A stretch of DNA of 64,000 nt from NCBI GenBank assembly GCA_951406725.2, contig OX597836.1, forward strand, positions 20,770,001 through 20,834,000, read 5' to 3'. The first letter of the stretch is position 1, and each line of letters begins with the position of its first letter. Source of the stretch: Octopus vulgaris (Eukaryota). Shown here one piece after another: positions 38,815-52,532 of this stretch. Below the pieces are notes generated by a model that worked only from the letters and a program-made list of their open reading frames with translations, had not been told where the DNA came from and ran no database searches. Position numbers and translations under genes: made by a program.

Positions 38815-38870
<56 letters not shown>

Positions 38871-38910
38871 GCATATATATATACATATGCATATATGTAT
38901 ATATATACAT

Positions 38911-38941
<31 letters not shown>

Positions 38942-38980
38942 CAAACATATATGTCCATATATATATACATATATATATAC

Positions 38981-39016
<36 letters not shown>

Positions 39017-39774
39017 GCGTACACATAAATATTATATTCATATAATGTGTGTACTCCTATGCACACACATAAATATATATTTACACACACACACATAAAT
39101 ACACACATGGTATAATATGCATACACATACACAGATATATATGCAGACACTCACACATATATGTATACACAGACATAAAGTTCTTTTATCATGCACCCAT
39201 AACATTAGAAATACTATCCATAGGACAGACAAAAGAGAAATACGAAAATAGAAATTAAAAATTGTTTACATTCAGGAATTATGCATCTGCTTGTCTGCTT
39301 GCCTGTCTGTCTGTCAATCTCGCTTTCCAGTAGCAGTGGTGGTGGTGGTGGTGATGGTGGATCTTAATGCATGAGCTTGCATGTGCACAAACATAGAAAC
39401 CAACAGACAGATAGACAGATCAGAGCTTTCAAAAGTATGAAAGTAGAGGGAAAAACACCAACAGCAGCAACAACAACTATAACCACACAAATATCTCATT
39501 GAGAAGTCGACCATTATTCTAGATAACTAAATGCAATATGCTCTGACTTGCAAAGAGAGAAGCACAAGCATAGCCAATGATGGATGACGACGATACATAT
39601 TTTGTCTAAGCACAAAAATCTAATTCCATTGTAAAGGAGTATAGTCAATCAAACTGATCTCAACATATTTTTGAGTAATTATTTTAGAAGTAATCTATCT
39701 AAGCTAGCTTAATAATAGTAATAATAATAATAATGATAATAATAATAATAATTATTATTATTATTATTATTATT

Positions 39775-39985
39775 ATTTCTTTACTACCCACAAGGGGCTA
39801 AACACAGAGGGGACAAACAAGGACAGATATCGACCCCAGTGCGTAACTGGTACTTAATTTATCGGCCCCGAAAGGATGAAAGGCAAAGTCGACCACGGCG
39901 GAATTTGAACTCAGAACATAACGGCAGACGAAATACGGCTACGCATTTCGCCCAGCGTGCTAACGATTCTGCCAGCTCGCCGCCT
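39775..39985 (-). mobile_element. SINE family A with internal deletion
   Basis: Near-consensus reverse copy lacking ~20 nt after ggacaga. Confidence 0.9.
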
Positions 39986-40581
39986 TTTCTGCCAGAATAA
40001 TGATGATAATAACAACAACAACAATGCTGCCGCTGCTGCCACCACCACCACCTCTGCCTCCACCTCCTTTTTTTTGCAGTGGGGGTGCTTTTTGTGGAGG
40101 CCATTCTGTTGTAAAAATTTAGACCAAACTCTGTTCTGAAAATAATTTGATACCCAAATAAGTGTTGCATTGTAATGCAGCAGAAACTAGCCCTGATCCC
40201 CACAAATTTCAGGCTTTGTGCCCAAAAGTAGAAATTATTATTATTTCTAAATTAAGTGCAAGGCTAGAAATTTAGAGAAAGAAAACTATTTGACCATATC
40301 AACCCCAGTATTTGACTAGTGCATTGATGAAAGGAAAATTTGATGTCAATGAAATTTGATCCAAGCATGTCCAATGCTCAAAGGTTTCTACTAAATTACT
40401 GCTCTTTGCTTCTTAGTTTGGTACAAGGTCTGCTATTTGGTGGTAAGGACAGTCTAGTCAATGTCATGGACCTCAAGATTTGACTGGTACTTTGTTTTAT
40501 CAACCCAGAAATGTTGAAAAGCAAAGTTGATCTCAACAGGATTTGAACTGAGAGCATAAGTCTCGCAAATAATAATAATAG

Positions 40582-40803
40582 TAACCCTTTCTACAATAGG
40601 CACAAGGCTGGAAATATTGGTGGGAGGGAGTTCGTCAACACCATTGACCCTAGTCCATAACTGGTACTTATTTCATTGACCCCGAAAGGATGAAAGGCAA
40701 AGTTGACGTCAGTGGAATTTGAACTCAGAACATAGAAATGGGTGAAATACCACTAAGCATTTCATCCAGTGTGCTAACAATTCTGCCAGCTCAGCACCTT
40801 TAA

Positions 40804-40838
<35 letters not shown>

Positions 40839-40982
40839 ATTAATAATAATAATAAAAATCCTTTCTACTAAAGGTAAAATGCCTGAAATTTTGGGGGAGG
40901 GGACAAATCAATTACATTGACTCCAGTATTTCACTGATACTTAATTTATTGACCCTGAAAGGATGAAAGACAAAGTTGACCA
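40582..40982 (-). mobile_element. Two SINE A copies (40582-40800 full, 40858-40982 partial)
   Basis: gaccccgaaaggatgaaaggcaaagttgac motifs. Confidence 0.82.
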
Positions 40983-41102
40983 TAAAGCAAAGGTAAGAGG
41001 TTTATGGTCCAAGTAGATAGTAAACTGTCTTCCTTTGAGGAGATGACAAAAGTGTTTCACTACCAGGTAAATCACTAATAACTCGCATCCAAAAGTACTA
41101 TA
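40983..41102 (-). mobile_element. Ty3/Gypsy pol RNase H fragment
   Basis: YSTFGCELLVIYLVVKHFCHLLKGRQFTIYLDHKPLTFAL matches the Gypsy RNase H motif YSxxxxELLAI...KHF+HxLxGxxFxIxTDHKPL. Confidence 0.88.
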
Positions 41103-41721
41103 GAGACGTGGTAAATTCTGTGCAGCACATAAGTTCTTCACCTACTTAGTTAATTCCAGGATGGCCTGAAAAGTCACCACTAAACACTGATGTCATGGTT
41201 GGGAAGTATAGTCTGTATGAATTAGTAAAAAAAAACAATAGGCAAGCACAACCCTCAGCAATAAACAGAATGTTGATCCTTAATGACTTGTTTTAATTTC
41301 CATCCAAATGTGCGTAAAACAAACCCAAAATGAAATAGGATCAAGAAATTTTTTACCAATCATGGCATTCAAGTCGAACAGGGGGTAGTTTGAGACTTAA
41401 GTTAATTGGCCCATATTGTCAAAGGTATTTAGACTTGATAATACTTGGGGGATGCAAGATGTATCTGGTGCAGAATATCTGATGAGTTGTGTAGCTTAGT
41501 TGTGCAGTGAGGTAGCAATCCCATAGCAGTAAAAACGATGTTTACTAATCAGCATTAATTCAGCAAAATGTCTTATCAACTGGACAATCAATCAGCAACA
41601 GAATTTTGGCTTTTATTTTATTGACCCCGAAAGGATAAAAAGTGAAGTCGACTTTGGCAGGATTTGAACTCAGAATGTAAAGACAGATGAAATGCCACTA
41701 AAAATTTCGCCCAACACGCTA

Positions 41722-41936
41722 GCCATTCAAGAATTTGGACCTGGAGATCTCCATTTCCAGTGACTTCGAGGGCCACCTCCCAGTGGTCTCGGGTGTCAAC
41801 GAAGAGCCCTCGACTACAACAAGACGACCAAAGTTTTTTTTTGCTTTCCAAGGTCTGGGGGTCTCTCGCCCCTAAACCCTAGACCATCATCTAATCACCC
41901 TTACCCGTCTTGTTGCTTAACAACAACAACAACAAT
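41722..41936 (+). mobile_element. 5'-truncated non-LTR retroelement 3' end inserted in a SINE A head
   Basis: (AAC)n tail; TSD ccaacacgcta (41711-41721) / ccaacatgcta (41937-41947); host SINE A continues on both sides. Confidence 0.7.
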
Positions 41937-42374
41937 CCAACATGCTACTGATTCTGCCTGCTTGCCACTTTAGAATGAATGGTAATATTAAACCTTGTTA
42001 TGTCTTTAGACTCAGAATGATTTAGCCCGTATGAGACATATACCAGCAAATAGTGTAACTCTAGGTAAAAGACAAGGAAACGCATTCAATTTCAGTTGCT
42101 GCCAGTCATCCTGTTACCTTTTTATTAATTACAACTTTAATTTCCATTGAAGCAGTCCTTCCTTCTCCTCCACCTGCCCCGCCTCCTCTGCATAAAGGAC
42201 TTCCTGAACACTTTAATGTAAGTTCTTTGACAGGAAGAACAGTTTTTTGTTTGCTTAATTAATTCCTCACCCACCACAACATATCGCGCCACCGCCGACC
42301 TTTCCCCCATCCACCTTTTGTGATTTGATGATGAATATACAGCTTAAGGAATGTATCATCAATGACACAAATGA

Positions 42375-42419
42375 AAACAATGGTGGTGGTGGCAGCGGAG
42401 GTGGTGGTGGTGGTGATAG

Positions 42420-42450
<31 letters not shown>

Positions 42451-43105
42451 AGGGGTTGCACTAGTAATGGTGGAAATAGTGATGATCAATGCAGTGGTAA
42501 CAGAGATGATTATAATGATGGTGGTGGTGATAATGATGGTGACAATGGCGACGACAATGACAAGAATGATGGAGATGGTGGTGCAGCAGAGGTAATGCTG
42601 ATGATGGTTGTCGTGTTAAATGATAGTATCGCTGGTGAAGAAGATGGTTGTGGAAGTGACAGCGATGGCGGTGGAGTAGCAAAGAAGAACAACAAGGTAC
42701 TGACAGGAAGATGGTAGTGTTGATGAGGGTGGTGGTCGTGGAAATGGTGGAGTTGATGGAGGCAGTGATAATGGTGGTGGTAGTGATGGTGTTAATGATG
42801 ATGATGATAATGGTGATGATATTGGCAGTGTTTTGAGTTGATGGTTGTGGTGGGTAGCAAAGAAGAGAGGAAATAGGAAGAAGAAGAAGAAGAAGAAGAA
42901 GAAGAAGAAGAAGAAGAAGAAGAAGAAGAAGAAGACGAAGAAGAAGAGCAGTAGCGGCAGCAGCAGCAACAACAACAACAACGATGATGACAACAACAAC
43001 ATCAACAACAACAACAATAACAACAACAACATGAGCAAGCTATTTATGATGACGATCGTGGTGGTGGTGGTGGTGGTGGTGGTGGTGGTGGTGGTGGCAG
43101 TGGCG
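42375..43105. repeat. Compound trinucleotide tract (GAT/GGT, GAA, AAC, GGT)
   Basis: Includes a pure (GAA)n run at ~42877-42933. Confidence 0.92.
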
Positions 43106-43297
43106 CTGACTGCGTCTGCATGTCAAGTTTCCTCTCCTTTTTACAAAAGAATAATCCCCAAAAGAACAGTCAAAGAAATTAACTTCTCAATGCTATGAAA
43201 AGAAACAATTCTCTTTCACTGAATGGCTTAAAATTAGCTGAATGCTTCTACAGAAAGTGAGCATACCAGTGTTAACCACTACTTGTTGGGAAAAATA

Positions 43298-43330
<33 letters not shown>

Positions 43331-43423
43331 GTATATATATCTGTCAAGGATATAAAAAATATATATCAAGTGGGTGATGCATTATTTTTTTAGGCTTTCC
43401 TACAACCACTATTACAATTATTA

Positions 43424-43475
<52 letters not shown>

Positions 43476-44394
43476 CATTATTATTGCTGCTGTTGTTGTT
43501 CTTGTTGACATTGTTGTTCCTTGTCTTCTATTTTCATTTTTTGAAAATTTATTTATATCATTTAAAAAAAAATTTTTTTTCAAGGAAAGTATGAAACAAA
43601 ACAGAACTGATCGGATTTTCAAAGCAATTCATGAGGAAATGAATGTTATACATATTTTTTATTTTTTCTTCATTTTTTTTTTTATTGTTAGATGAACAGC
43701 AGTTTTAAAAAAATAGAAGAAAAACAAAAGAAAAACTCCAAATACAAATATATATATATACACACACATACATGCACATATGCATATGTGTGTATATATA
43801 AAGGCAATTCGATGACAGGAATAAAAGATACAATTTCAAAGAACTAACTGAAACAGATAGTAAAATCTATGTTAAACATACACACATACATACATACACA
43901 TACAGGAAGAAGAAAAAAACATATAATAACAGAAGGCATTTTTGTTTGGTCTTTAACTAATCAAACTGCTTCTGCTTAATAAAAATATAAATAATTGCCG
44001 GAGATAAAAGTAAAACAGTGAACAGATCTATGTTGAATAGGAGCTTTTATTCGTCTCAACGGAAACAAACAGATAGAATTTAATATCAAAACATTCAATT
44101 TTTCCTCAAAAATTTAATTCATTTTTGAGGAGTAAATGGAAAGGGGGATAATAGTATGGTGTGTGTGTGTACATGTGTGTGTATACATGTGTACATGTGT
44201 GTGTGTGCATACACCGATATGTGTGTGAATGCATATAGAGAAAAAAAATAAATATGTAATCTTACTCTCAAACACTCTTATGTATACACATATATAAACA
44301 CACATATATAAACACACATATATAAACTCACAGATACAAATATGTACACACACACACAGATATGCATAATACATATATATATGCATATATATGC

Positions 44395-44426
<32 letters not shown>

Positions 44427-44442
44427 GTATATATTTATATGC

Positions 44443-44489
<47 letters not shown>

Positions 44490-44827
44490 TATATATATAT
44501 ATATACACATACATATAGAGTTCTAGTTTTTGTAATTTCAATCTAAAATTTAATTACTGTCGAACTACGCATCATTAGATTCAAGTGAAAATCAGGACAA
44601 ATAATAACAGTAATGATTTCATTTATTAGTCACAAGGGTGTTGGGTGGCAAACATTACAAGCACAAATCAGAATATTCAGTTTTCAGAGAAAAGCATACA
44701 AAAAAGAATGGCACACACTGCTCATCAGGATAGAGACGAAGAAAGACAAAAAATATGGTAATTTCTCTACATACTTTAATCTAACCCTCTACCTATTTGT
44801 CTATATATCACTAATTTTAAATAGCAA

Positions 44828-44873
<46 letters not shown>

Positions 44874-45890
44874 CCATGTACTGTTTGTTTATCTGAGTCA
44901 TCAAATGCTGGTCCTTCCCTTTTATTGCACCCTCTCCACAACACCTGCTCCCTTTTTTCCCACTCAAACTTTCTTAAACACACATACTCATCGATATAAT
45001 TAATAAAACAAGGTAAGTTAATGAGATACTCCATCAGAGATGAGTGACTTGGGGCTAATTAGAAGCTAAAAGACCAATGGGCCAATGAAAGTCCCTTGCA
45101 TAGCCATCAGTACTGAATTGTAAGAAATAGCAGCCAAACTTTCTTTAAATCACATACCCGATGTTTAAAAAAAAGCTCTTTTTACAACTATCATATGATG
45201 TGAAGACAAGGAGACACAAATATACACATTCACACAACAGACTTTTTACAGTTTTCATACGCCAAATCCAGACACAAGGCTTTGATTGCCCTGAGGTTTC
45301 AATAAATGGCAGTTTCCCAAGGTGCAATACATCATGATGCTTAGAAGCAAACTTCTTAACTACACAGCAAGAAGAAATTTGCAGATTTGAATTTAATAAC
45401 TCTGCAGGGTGGTTGGTGTTAGGAAGAGCATCCAGCCCTAAAACCCCCTGCCAAAACAGACAGTGAATCTTGGTGCAGTCTTCTGCCCAGCCAAATCCTG
45501 TCAAACCATCCAACTCATGCTAGCATGGAAAGTGGTTGTTAAATGATGACGATGATGATGATGATAACATCAAAGTATATGAAACATATATAATACAAAA
45601 CTGTACTAAAATACAAATCCCAAACCAAAGAAAATACAAACATGACTAAAGAAAGAAAAAAAAAAAGAAAGAGGGGAAAAGACACAGAAAGGAAGAAAAA
45701 GAAAGGAAAAGTGGAAGAAACACCAATTGCTTCAATTGGTTACACACCACAAGATTCAACAGAACCTACTGAAGCAAGCCAACATGCTTGAGGTATTACA
45801 AGAGGTGATGGTGAGGCTAAGGTGTTGGAACAGCCAAGCACACTCATGGCAATCACCTGACATTCATGGGAGTTACCTGATGAGCTGCTG

Positions 45891-46068
<178 letters not shown>

Positions 46069-46499
46069 CTGTTTATAAAGGACATATATAAATGCATCTA
46101 AAGTGAAGAGACATTTAAAGATAAACTCAAGTGATACACTGATATGGTTTCTATTTTTTCTAGTCACAATTATGTTTCTAAAAGTAGGATGTCTATATAA
46201 ACATAAGGACATGTGACTTTTCATCAGCAGAACAGTAAAAAGAACATTTATATACATCGCGTGCACGTACATGTGTGCATATATGTGTGTGTGTGTGTGT
46301 GTGTGTCTCTCTCTCTCACTGAGTAAAATAGAAACGAGAAGCTCAGGGTAGATACAAAATAAAAACCATTATTATGCAGTGAATTAATAAACTCTATTAC
46401 ATGTATTGAGCACCCTGTTTTTCTTTTAAATTCATTTTTGCAAATAAAACATATACATGTGTGAATGCATGCATGTAATTGTATATGTATGTGTGTGTA

Positions 46500-46712
46500 T
46501 GAGAGAGAGAGGAAGGAGAGAGGAAGGGGGGAGAGAGAGGAAGGAGGGAGAGATGGAGGAGAAAGAGAGGGGGAGGAGAGAGAAGAAGGAGAGAGAGGAA
46601 GGAGAGAGAGAGAGGAAGGAGAGAGAGAGAGAGAGGAAGGAGAGAGAGGAAGGAGAGAGAGAGAGAGGAAGGAGAGAGAGAGAAAGGAGAGAGAGGAAGG
46701 AGAAAGAGAGAG
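46500..46712. repeat. Polypurine (GA/GGAA) tract
   Basis: ~210 nt, almost only G and A. Confidence 0.93.
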
Positions 46713-47663
46713 TAATTGTGCCCCTGTGTGTCCATGAAGCATGTGCATATGTGTATATTCCTGTAATCCTTACGCTGACAAAAGAGAAAATTTGACAGAT
46801 ATTAGAAGAATTAGTTCTGTGGTTATAAGAAACGCAATGTTGCCACTGTGGAATGTTATTTTTAAGTGACACCAACTTAGTTTGAATACAAAAGCACCTA
46901 TGTTCTTCTATCTCAAATCAATATTACCGTCATCTCACGAAACCATCATTATTATTCTTATCATCATCATCATGAAGCAAATGTAACGATAGCAAAAAAA
47001 AAAATGTGAAAATTCCTTTATCTGGAGACTTATCTCCAGATTGGTTTATAATTTACATAGAACTACGGAGCTTTATGTGAAAGCATCCTGAGTAGGGAGA
47101 AGGGATAAAAAAGAATAAGATCTAAAGAAAAAAAAAAATTTACAATACACATATATATATACACATAACATGGAATACATACACACATACAGGAAATCTC
47201 ACTAAAATCACTATCTTGTTAGCAGTAAAACTGCCTTAACTTGGCAGAAGGATGAAACAGTAAATCAGGATTTTGACTGAGATTTCGTTGGAATAATTTC
47301 TATTCACAAAATCTCTCAGCTAAAGTACATGCATACATAAACTTTATATAGGTGTGTGTATATGTATATATAAATATGTGTGTGTGTGTGTGTGTATATG
47401 TATGTATGTATGTATATGTATGTATGTATGTATATGTATGCATATAGATATATATATATATATATATTCATATATAAAGAGAGGGAGCGAGAGAGAGAGA
47501 GAGAGAAAGTGAGAGAGCAGACTAAGTTTGGACAACTTAATCTTCAAAAGCAACATTATATTCTATATCAATGTAATAAATCTTTTAGGAAAAGAACATC
47601 ATATATATATAAATATATATATGCATACACACACACAAATTATACCCATGTGTATATATGTAT

Positions 47664-47702
<39 letters not shown>

Positions 47703-47839
47703 AAAAATGCTTCTTTGCATAAAGCTTTAGCAGAGTGCTCTATGAAGATGATTAAATAAATCCCGGTTCAGAGTGATAATAACAACATGATAACTATGTG
47801 TAGGTTGGTCTAACAGATAAACCACTAGAAAATAAAACA

Positions 47840-47881
<42 letters not shown>

Positions 47882-48111
47882 ACACACACAGACATCATGC
47901 TTCTGGACATGATATTACATTTCTAGAGGTCACATATGCAAAAGAAATAAAAAGAAATGCATGCTATGTCCTGTCATCAGCAGGTATCAGAGAGACTCTT
48001 AAGAGGAAAACAGATTCAATGCATGCGGCAATATGACAATGCTGTATGTACAGTAATACTGTAAACCAGGGGTTGGCAAATTTCTTATGTCATTAACCCA
48101 CTTCATAAATA

Positions 48112-48410
48112 GTAATAATAATAATAATTGTGTACAGTGCTCAGGTGCACTACAACTCATCTAAAGTGTATATATAATCAGGTGTAGCTTCGGCGGATTT
48201 CGTAAAAAGCATGAGGGCCTTAAAGGATGCAGTGTCATGGCAGTCAACAACTGACGCAGGCAGGCAGTTTATTCCATGCTTCAGCAACTCTGAGCGTGAA
48301 AAAAATGTTTCCGAAAGTCATGGGAGCTGTGTTGTTTTCTGACTTTGTAGGCATGTCCACGTGTGTTAGACACATGGAGATCAAAAAGGTGTTCAGTGTT
48401 GTTGTTGGTG
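48112..48410 (-). mobile_element. CR1-clade LINE 3' end
   Basis: FFTLRVAEAWNKLPACVSC on the minus strand; 3' end tgtacagtgctcaggtgcac shared with 30990-31296. Confidence 0.82.
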
Positions 48411-48589
48411 ATAACTTACTGACCTCCCCCATCTCCCACCAAATTTATGTAAATTTCTAGAATGAAATTTGCTAAGTATAATTAATTAAAAATTTCTTGA
48501 TTTCAGAACAATAATAATCCCTCCATTCTTCCCTGTCATAACTGCCTTTTAACGTGAAATATTTTAAGAAATTAAATGAATATAATTAA

Positions 48590-48798
48590 GCCTTTAACAT
48601 TCAAACTGGCCATATCTGGCCCACGTATTCGACCTGTTGAAACCATTCAGATCAAGCCTATCACACCTTCCCTACAATGTTATTCTAAAAATAGATAATT
48701 ACATCATCGAAATCTTGAAGATATGAGATAATCATGATTAATTCAAAACAATGTAAATAAATAAACATAACATTTACAGTAATCTGAATGCTAAAGGG
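48590..48798. mobile_element. piggyBac-like (TTAA) MITE, copy 2
   Basis: ttaa|gcctttaacattca ... tgaatgctaaaggg|ttaa: TIRs with TTAA on both sides. Confidence 0.75.
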
Positions 48799-49057
48799 TT
48801 AAAGAAATTGATGAAGGACAATAAAAATTAATTGATATCATATTGATATCGTTGGAATATTTAATGCAAAATATGTGTTTGCATTGATATTTGCCAGGAA
48901 AGATTGGTGCAATAAGTTTTAGCCTTAAATTATTGAGCACTTCTAGATTCAGTTTGTTAAATAATTTAGCACCCTTGATAGGCAAAATCATTTGAGATGC
49001 TGATTGACTTTTTAGATAGACACTTTGCTGAGCCCTGCTGAAAACTGTCATAAACAG

Positions 49058-49489
49058 TTACTCTTACTCTTTACTCTTTTACTTGTTTCAGTCATTTGAC
49101 TGCGGCCATGCTGGAGCACCGCCTTTAATCGAGCAACTCGACCCCGGGAATTATTCTTTTGTAAGCCCAGTACTTATTCTATCTGTCTCTTTTGCCAAAC
49201 CGCTAAGTAACGGGGGGGGGGGGCATAAACACACCAGCATCGGTTGTCAAGCAATGCTAGGGGGACAAACACAGACACACAAACATATACACACGCACTT
49301 ATATATATATATATATACATATATACGACAGGCTTCTTTCAGTTTCCGTCTACCAAATCCACTCACAAGGCTTTGGTTGGCCCGAGGCTATAGTAGAAGA
49401 CACTTGCCCAAGGTGCCACGCAGTGGGACTGAACCCGGAACCATGTGGTTGGTAAACAAGCTACTTATCACACAGCCACTCCTGCGCCT
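49058..49489 (-). mobile_element. SINE family B, full length, young
   Basis: Reverse complement of 21742-22188 with CpGs retained. Confidence 0.93.
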
Positions 49490-49958
49490 TGAAATATTTA
49501 CGTGTAAGTCTAGACAAGATCTTTGGAGAAGACTGGCAGCAGTCCTGCATACAAGTCTCCTCTTCTCCATGACATCAATGTTTGTTAAAAGGGAAAAGCT
49601 GCTGATACAGCTAAGCATTAGTGTCATTGCAGACATAACTGTCAGAATGGAAAGATCCTGAGAGGATGACAGTAAAGTTAACCTTGGTGAGATCTGCACT
49701 CAAGCTGCAAAGAGATAGAACAAATAGTGCAGGGCTTGGCATCCAATGCACTAACAAATCTGCAATTAAGGTATTAAAAATAGTAACCATCACACACACA
49801 CATTCATGCAGGAAATTAGGTTAGAGGAGGAAAAATGAAAGGTATATACACACACACACACACACATATATACACATGTACACATTCAAACAGAAAATTA
49901 GGTTAAAGAAAAAGCAGAAAATTAACAATAATCCAATATATATACATGAGCGAGTATG

Positions 49959-50000
<42 letters not shown>

Positions 50001-50001
<1 letters not shown>

Positions 50002-50203
50002 AGGACGCCATGAGAGACCGTTAGCTCCTACACACATTTTTTTATCTCTTTGTTTTTTTCTGTGTATCTTTCTGTTGAAGAGCATAGGCTCGAAACGTAA
50101 AAGACTTGTTCTATTTCTATTCTTGAGCGCCATACTAATACATTTGTTTGTTTGTACTCCACCTGCCTTCGTCTTTTGTTTATTTTCGTAAACCTTCCCG
50201 TTA
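50001..50203 (+). mobile_element. Penelope-like fragment (family D, copy 2) with hammerhead-like motif
   Basis: atcttt-ctgttgaa-gagc-atag-gctc-gaaacgta-aaagac at 50066-50105; inserted in (TA)n. Confidence 0.65.
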
Positions 50204-51256
50204 TATATATATGTACATATATATATATATATGTACATATATATATATATATATGTACATATATATATATATATGTACATATAGGTGTAAGTGTGTGGGT
50301 GGGTGTATGCACGTGAATGTGCATCTGTTCGTCTGTCCATGTGATTTCCTAATAAAATGAAAAGCAAAGGTTGTTTTCGTACAAACAATTTGATGATACC
50401 GTAAACATACCACTACCACCGCAACAACAACAACACAAACCACTAAGCAATATGTAAAACCAGAAAAGAAAAATAATAAACCCCTCTCTGCCCTACCCAC
50501 CACTCGTCAAACGAAGGGGAAGAGTTACATGGCAGCAGCAACATCTTCATCAAACACGCATCATCATCAATAATAATAATAATGATGATGATGATGATGA
50601 TGATGATAATAATAATAATATACGATGTCAACACAGATTGTGGAACATCAAATCACTTCAAGACTCAAATGGAAAGAAATATACAAGAAAATACATATAA
50701 AAAGTGTAAATAAAAAAGACAGAACTAAAAAATGATATGAATACAACAACATATATATATATATATATGTAAGCATGTATGCATATATTTACAATTAGTG
50801 AAGATTAAAAAAAATAAGATGTTTGTGTTTTTTTACAAACATATACATATATATATATATATACACATAGACACACACGTATATACATGTATGTGTGTGT
50901 GTATACACACACATACATATCATATATATATATGTATAGTTTTATATATATATATATATATTCATGTCACCCAATCAAGCATGCTCCACATCTCATTCTC
51001 TTAACATCTAGCCCTCTGTCACTCTTCTACTTACTATGGCACTACTTACTACTTGGAGTTTGTAATGACTTAAGAGTGCAATCAGCACCTATTACCTCAT
51101 CGCTTTCTTTCCACTAATTGCAACATTTCCTCCCTCACATCAGCCCCTTCCCCAGGAACCACTCTCGTCCTCCATTTTCATTATCCTCCTTTCACTTCCC
51201 ACATTAATTTAATGGAGCATCTCTTTTCTGGCCTTCAGCTATTTCTCTCTTCCACA

Positions 51257-51661
51257 TTACTCTTTTACTTGTTTCAGTCATTTGACTGTGGCCATGCTGG
51301 AGCACCGCCTTTAGTCGAGCAAATCGACCCCGGGACTTATTCTTTTGTAAGCCTAGTACTTATTCTATCGGTCTCTCTTACCGAACCGCTAAGTGACGGG
51401 GACATAAACACACCAGCATCGGCTGTCAAGCAATGCTAGGATGACAAACACAGACACACAAACACACACACACATACATATATATATATACATATATACG
51501 ACAGGCTTCTTTCAGTTTCCGTCTACCAAATCCACTCACAAGGCATTGGTCAGCCCGGGGCTATAGCAGAAAACACTTGCCCAAGATGCCACGCAGTGGG
51601 ACTGAACCCGGAACCATGTGTTGGTTAGCAAGCTACTTACCACACAGACACTCCTGCACCT
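51257..51661 (-). mobile_element. SINE family B, full length, young
   Basis: High identity to 49058-49489. Confidence 0.93.
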
Positions 51662-51676
51662 ATTGTTGAAATATAT

Positions 51677-52091
51677 ATTTCTTTACTACCCACAAGGGGC
51701 TAAACACAGAGGGGACGAACAGGGACAGGCAAACGGATTAAGTCGATTACATCGACCCCAGTGCGTAACTGGTACTTAATTTATCGACCCCGAAAGGATG
51801 AAAGGCAAAGTCAACCTCGGCGGAATTTGAACTCAGAACGTAACGGCAGACGAAATACCTATTTCTTTACTACCCACAAGAGGCTAAACACAGAGAGGAC
51901 GAACAAGGACAGGCAAACGGATTAAGTCGATTTCATCGACCCCAGTGTGTAACTGGCACTTAATTTATCAACCCCCGAAAGGATGAAAGGCAAAGTCGAC
52001 CTCGGCGGAATTTGAACTCAGAACGTAACGGCAGACGAAATACGGTTACGCATTTCGCCCGGCGTGCTAACGTTTCTGCCAGCTCGCCGCC
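51677..52091 (-). mobile_element. SINE family A head-body-body dimer
   Basis: Junction gacgaaatac|ctatttc at 51858/51859; 11-bp TSD ttgaaatatat at 51666-51676 and 52092-52102. Confidence 0.92.
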
Positions 52092-52154
52092 TTGAAATAT
52101 ATTGTGATGAATTTTCAGGTTTCAAAATGTTGCTTACTTTTTACTGAGCCTGAT

Positions 52155-52328
52155 CAAAAGCACTCATTACACTCTTGGACTGGTTGTCGTTAGGAAGGGC
52201 ATTCAGCCATAGAAACCATGCCAAATAAGAATTGAACCTGGTGCAGCTCTCCGGCTCACCAGTTTCAGTCAAACCGTCCAATCCATGCCAACATGGGAAG
52301 CGGATGTTTGATAATGATGATGATGATG
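52155..52328 (+). mobile_element. SINE-like family C 3' part
   Basis: gttaggaagggcattcagcc ... ccatgccaacatggg ... (GAT)n. Confidence 0.8.
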
Positions 52329-52532
52329 TATATATGGGTATGTGTATGTGTGCGTACATAAATTTTCATACACACAGACACACACCTGTATGTATAGACA
52401 TACATACACATATACACACATATGTACACATGTAGATATCTTCTGTTGATCTTAAAACTGAGTTGCCTTTTTTCTGCAACCTAATTTTCTGCGTGAAAAT
52501 GTGTGCATCTATGTATACATGTATGTTTGTGT

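Noticed and set aside
47020-47041. Perfect 9-bp stem-loop atctggaga-ctta-tctccagat
   Set aside because: One or two such stems are expected by chance in 64 kb.
49083-49661. 192-aa ORF
   Set aside because: Mostly the antisense reading of a SINE B copy.
50485-50550. Possible minus-strand first exon MKMLLLPCNSSPSFDEW
   Set aside because: The donors (gtgggt, gtaggg) are weak and the ATG emerges from a (GAT)n repeat; support is insufficient.
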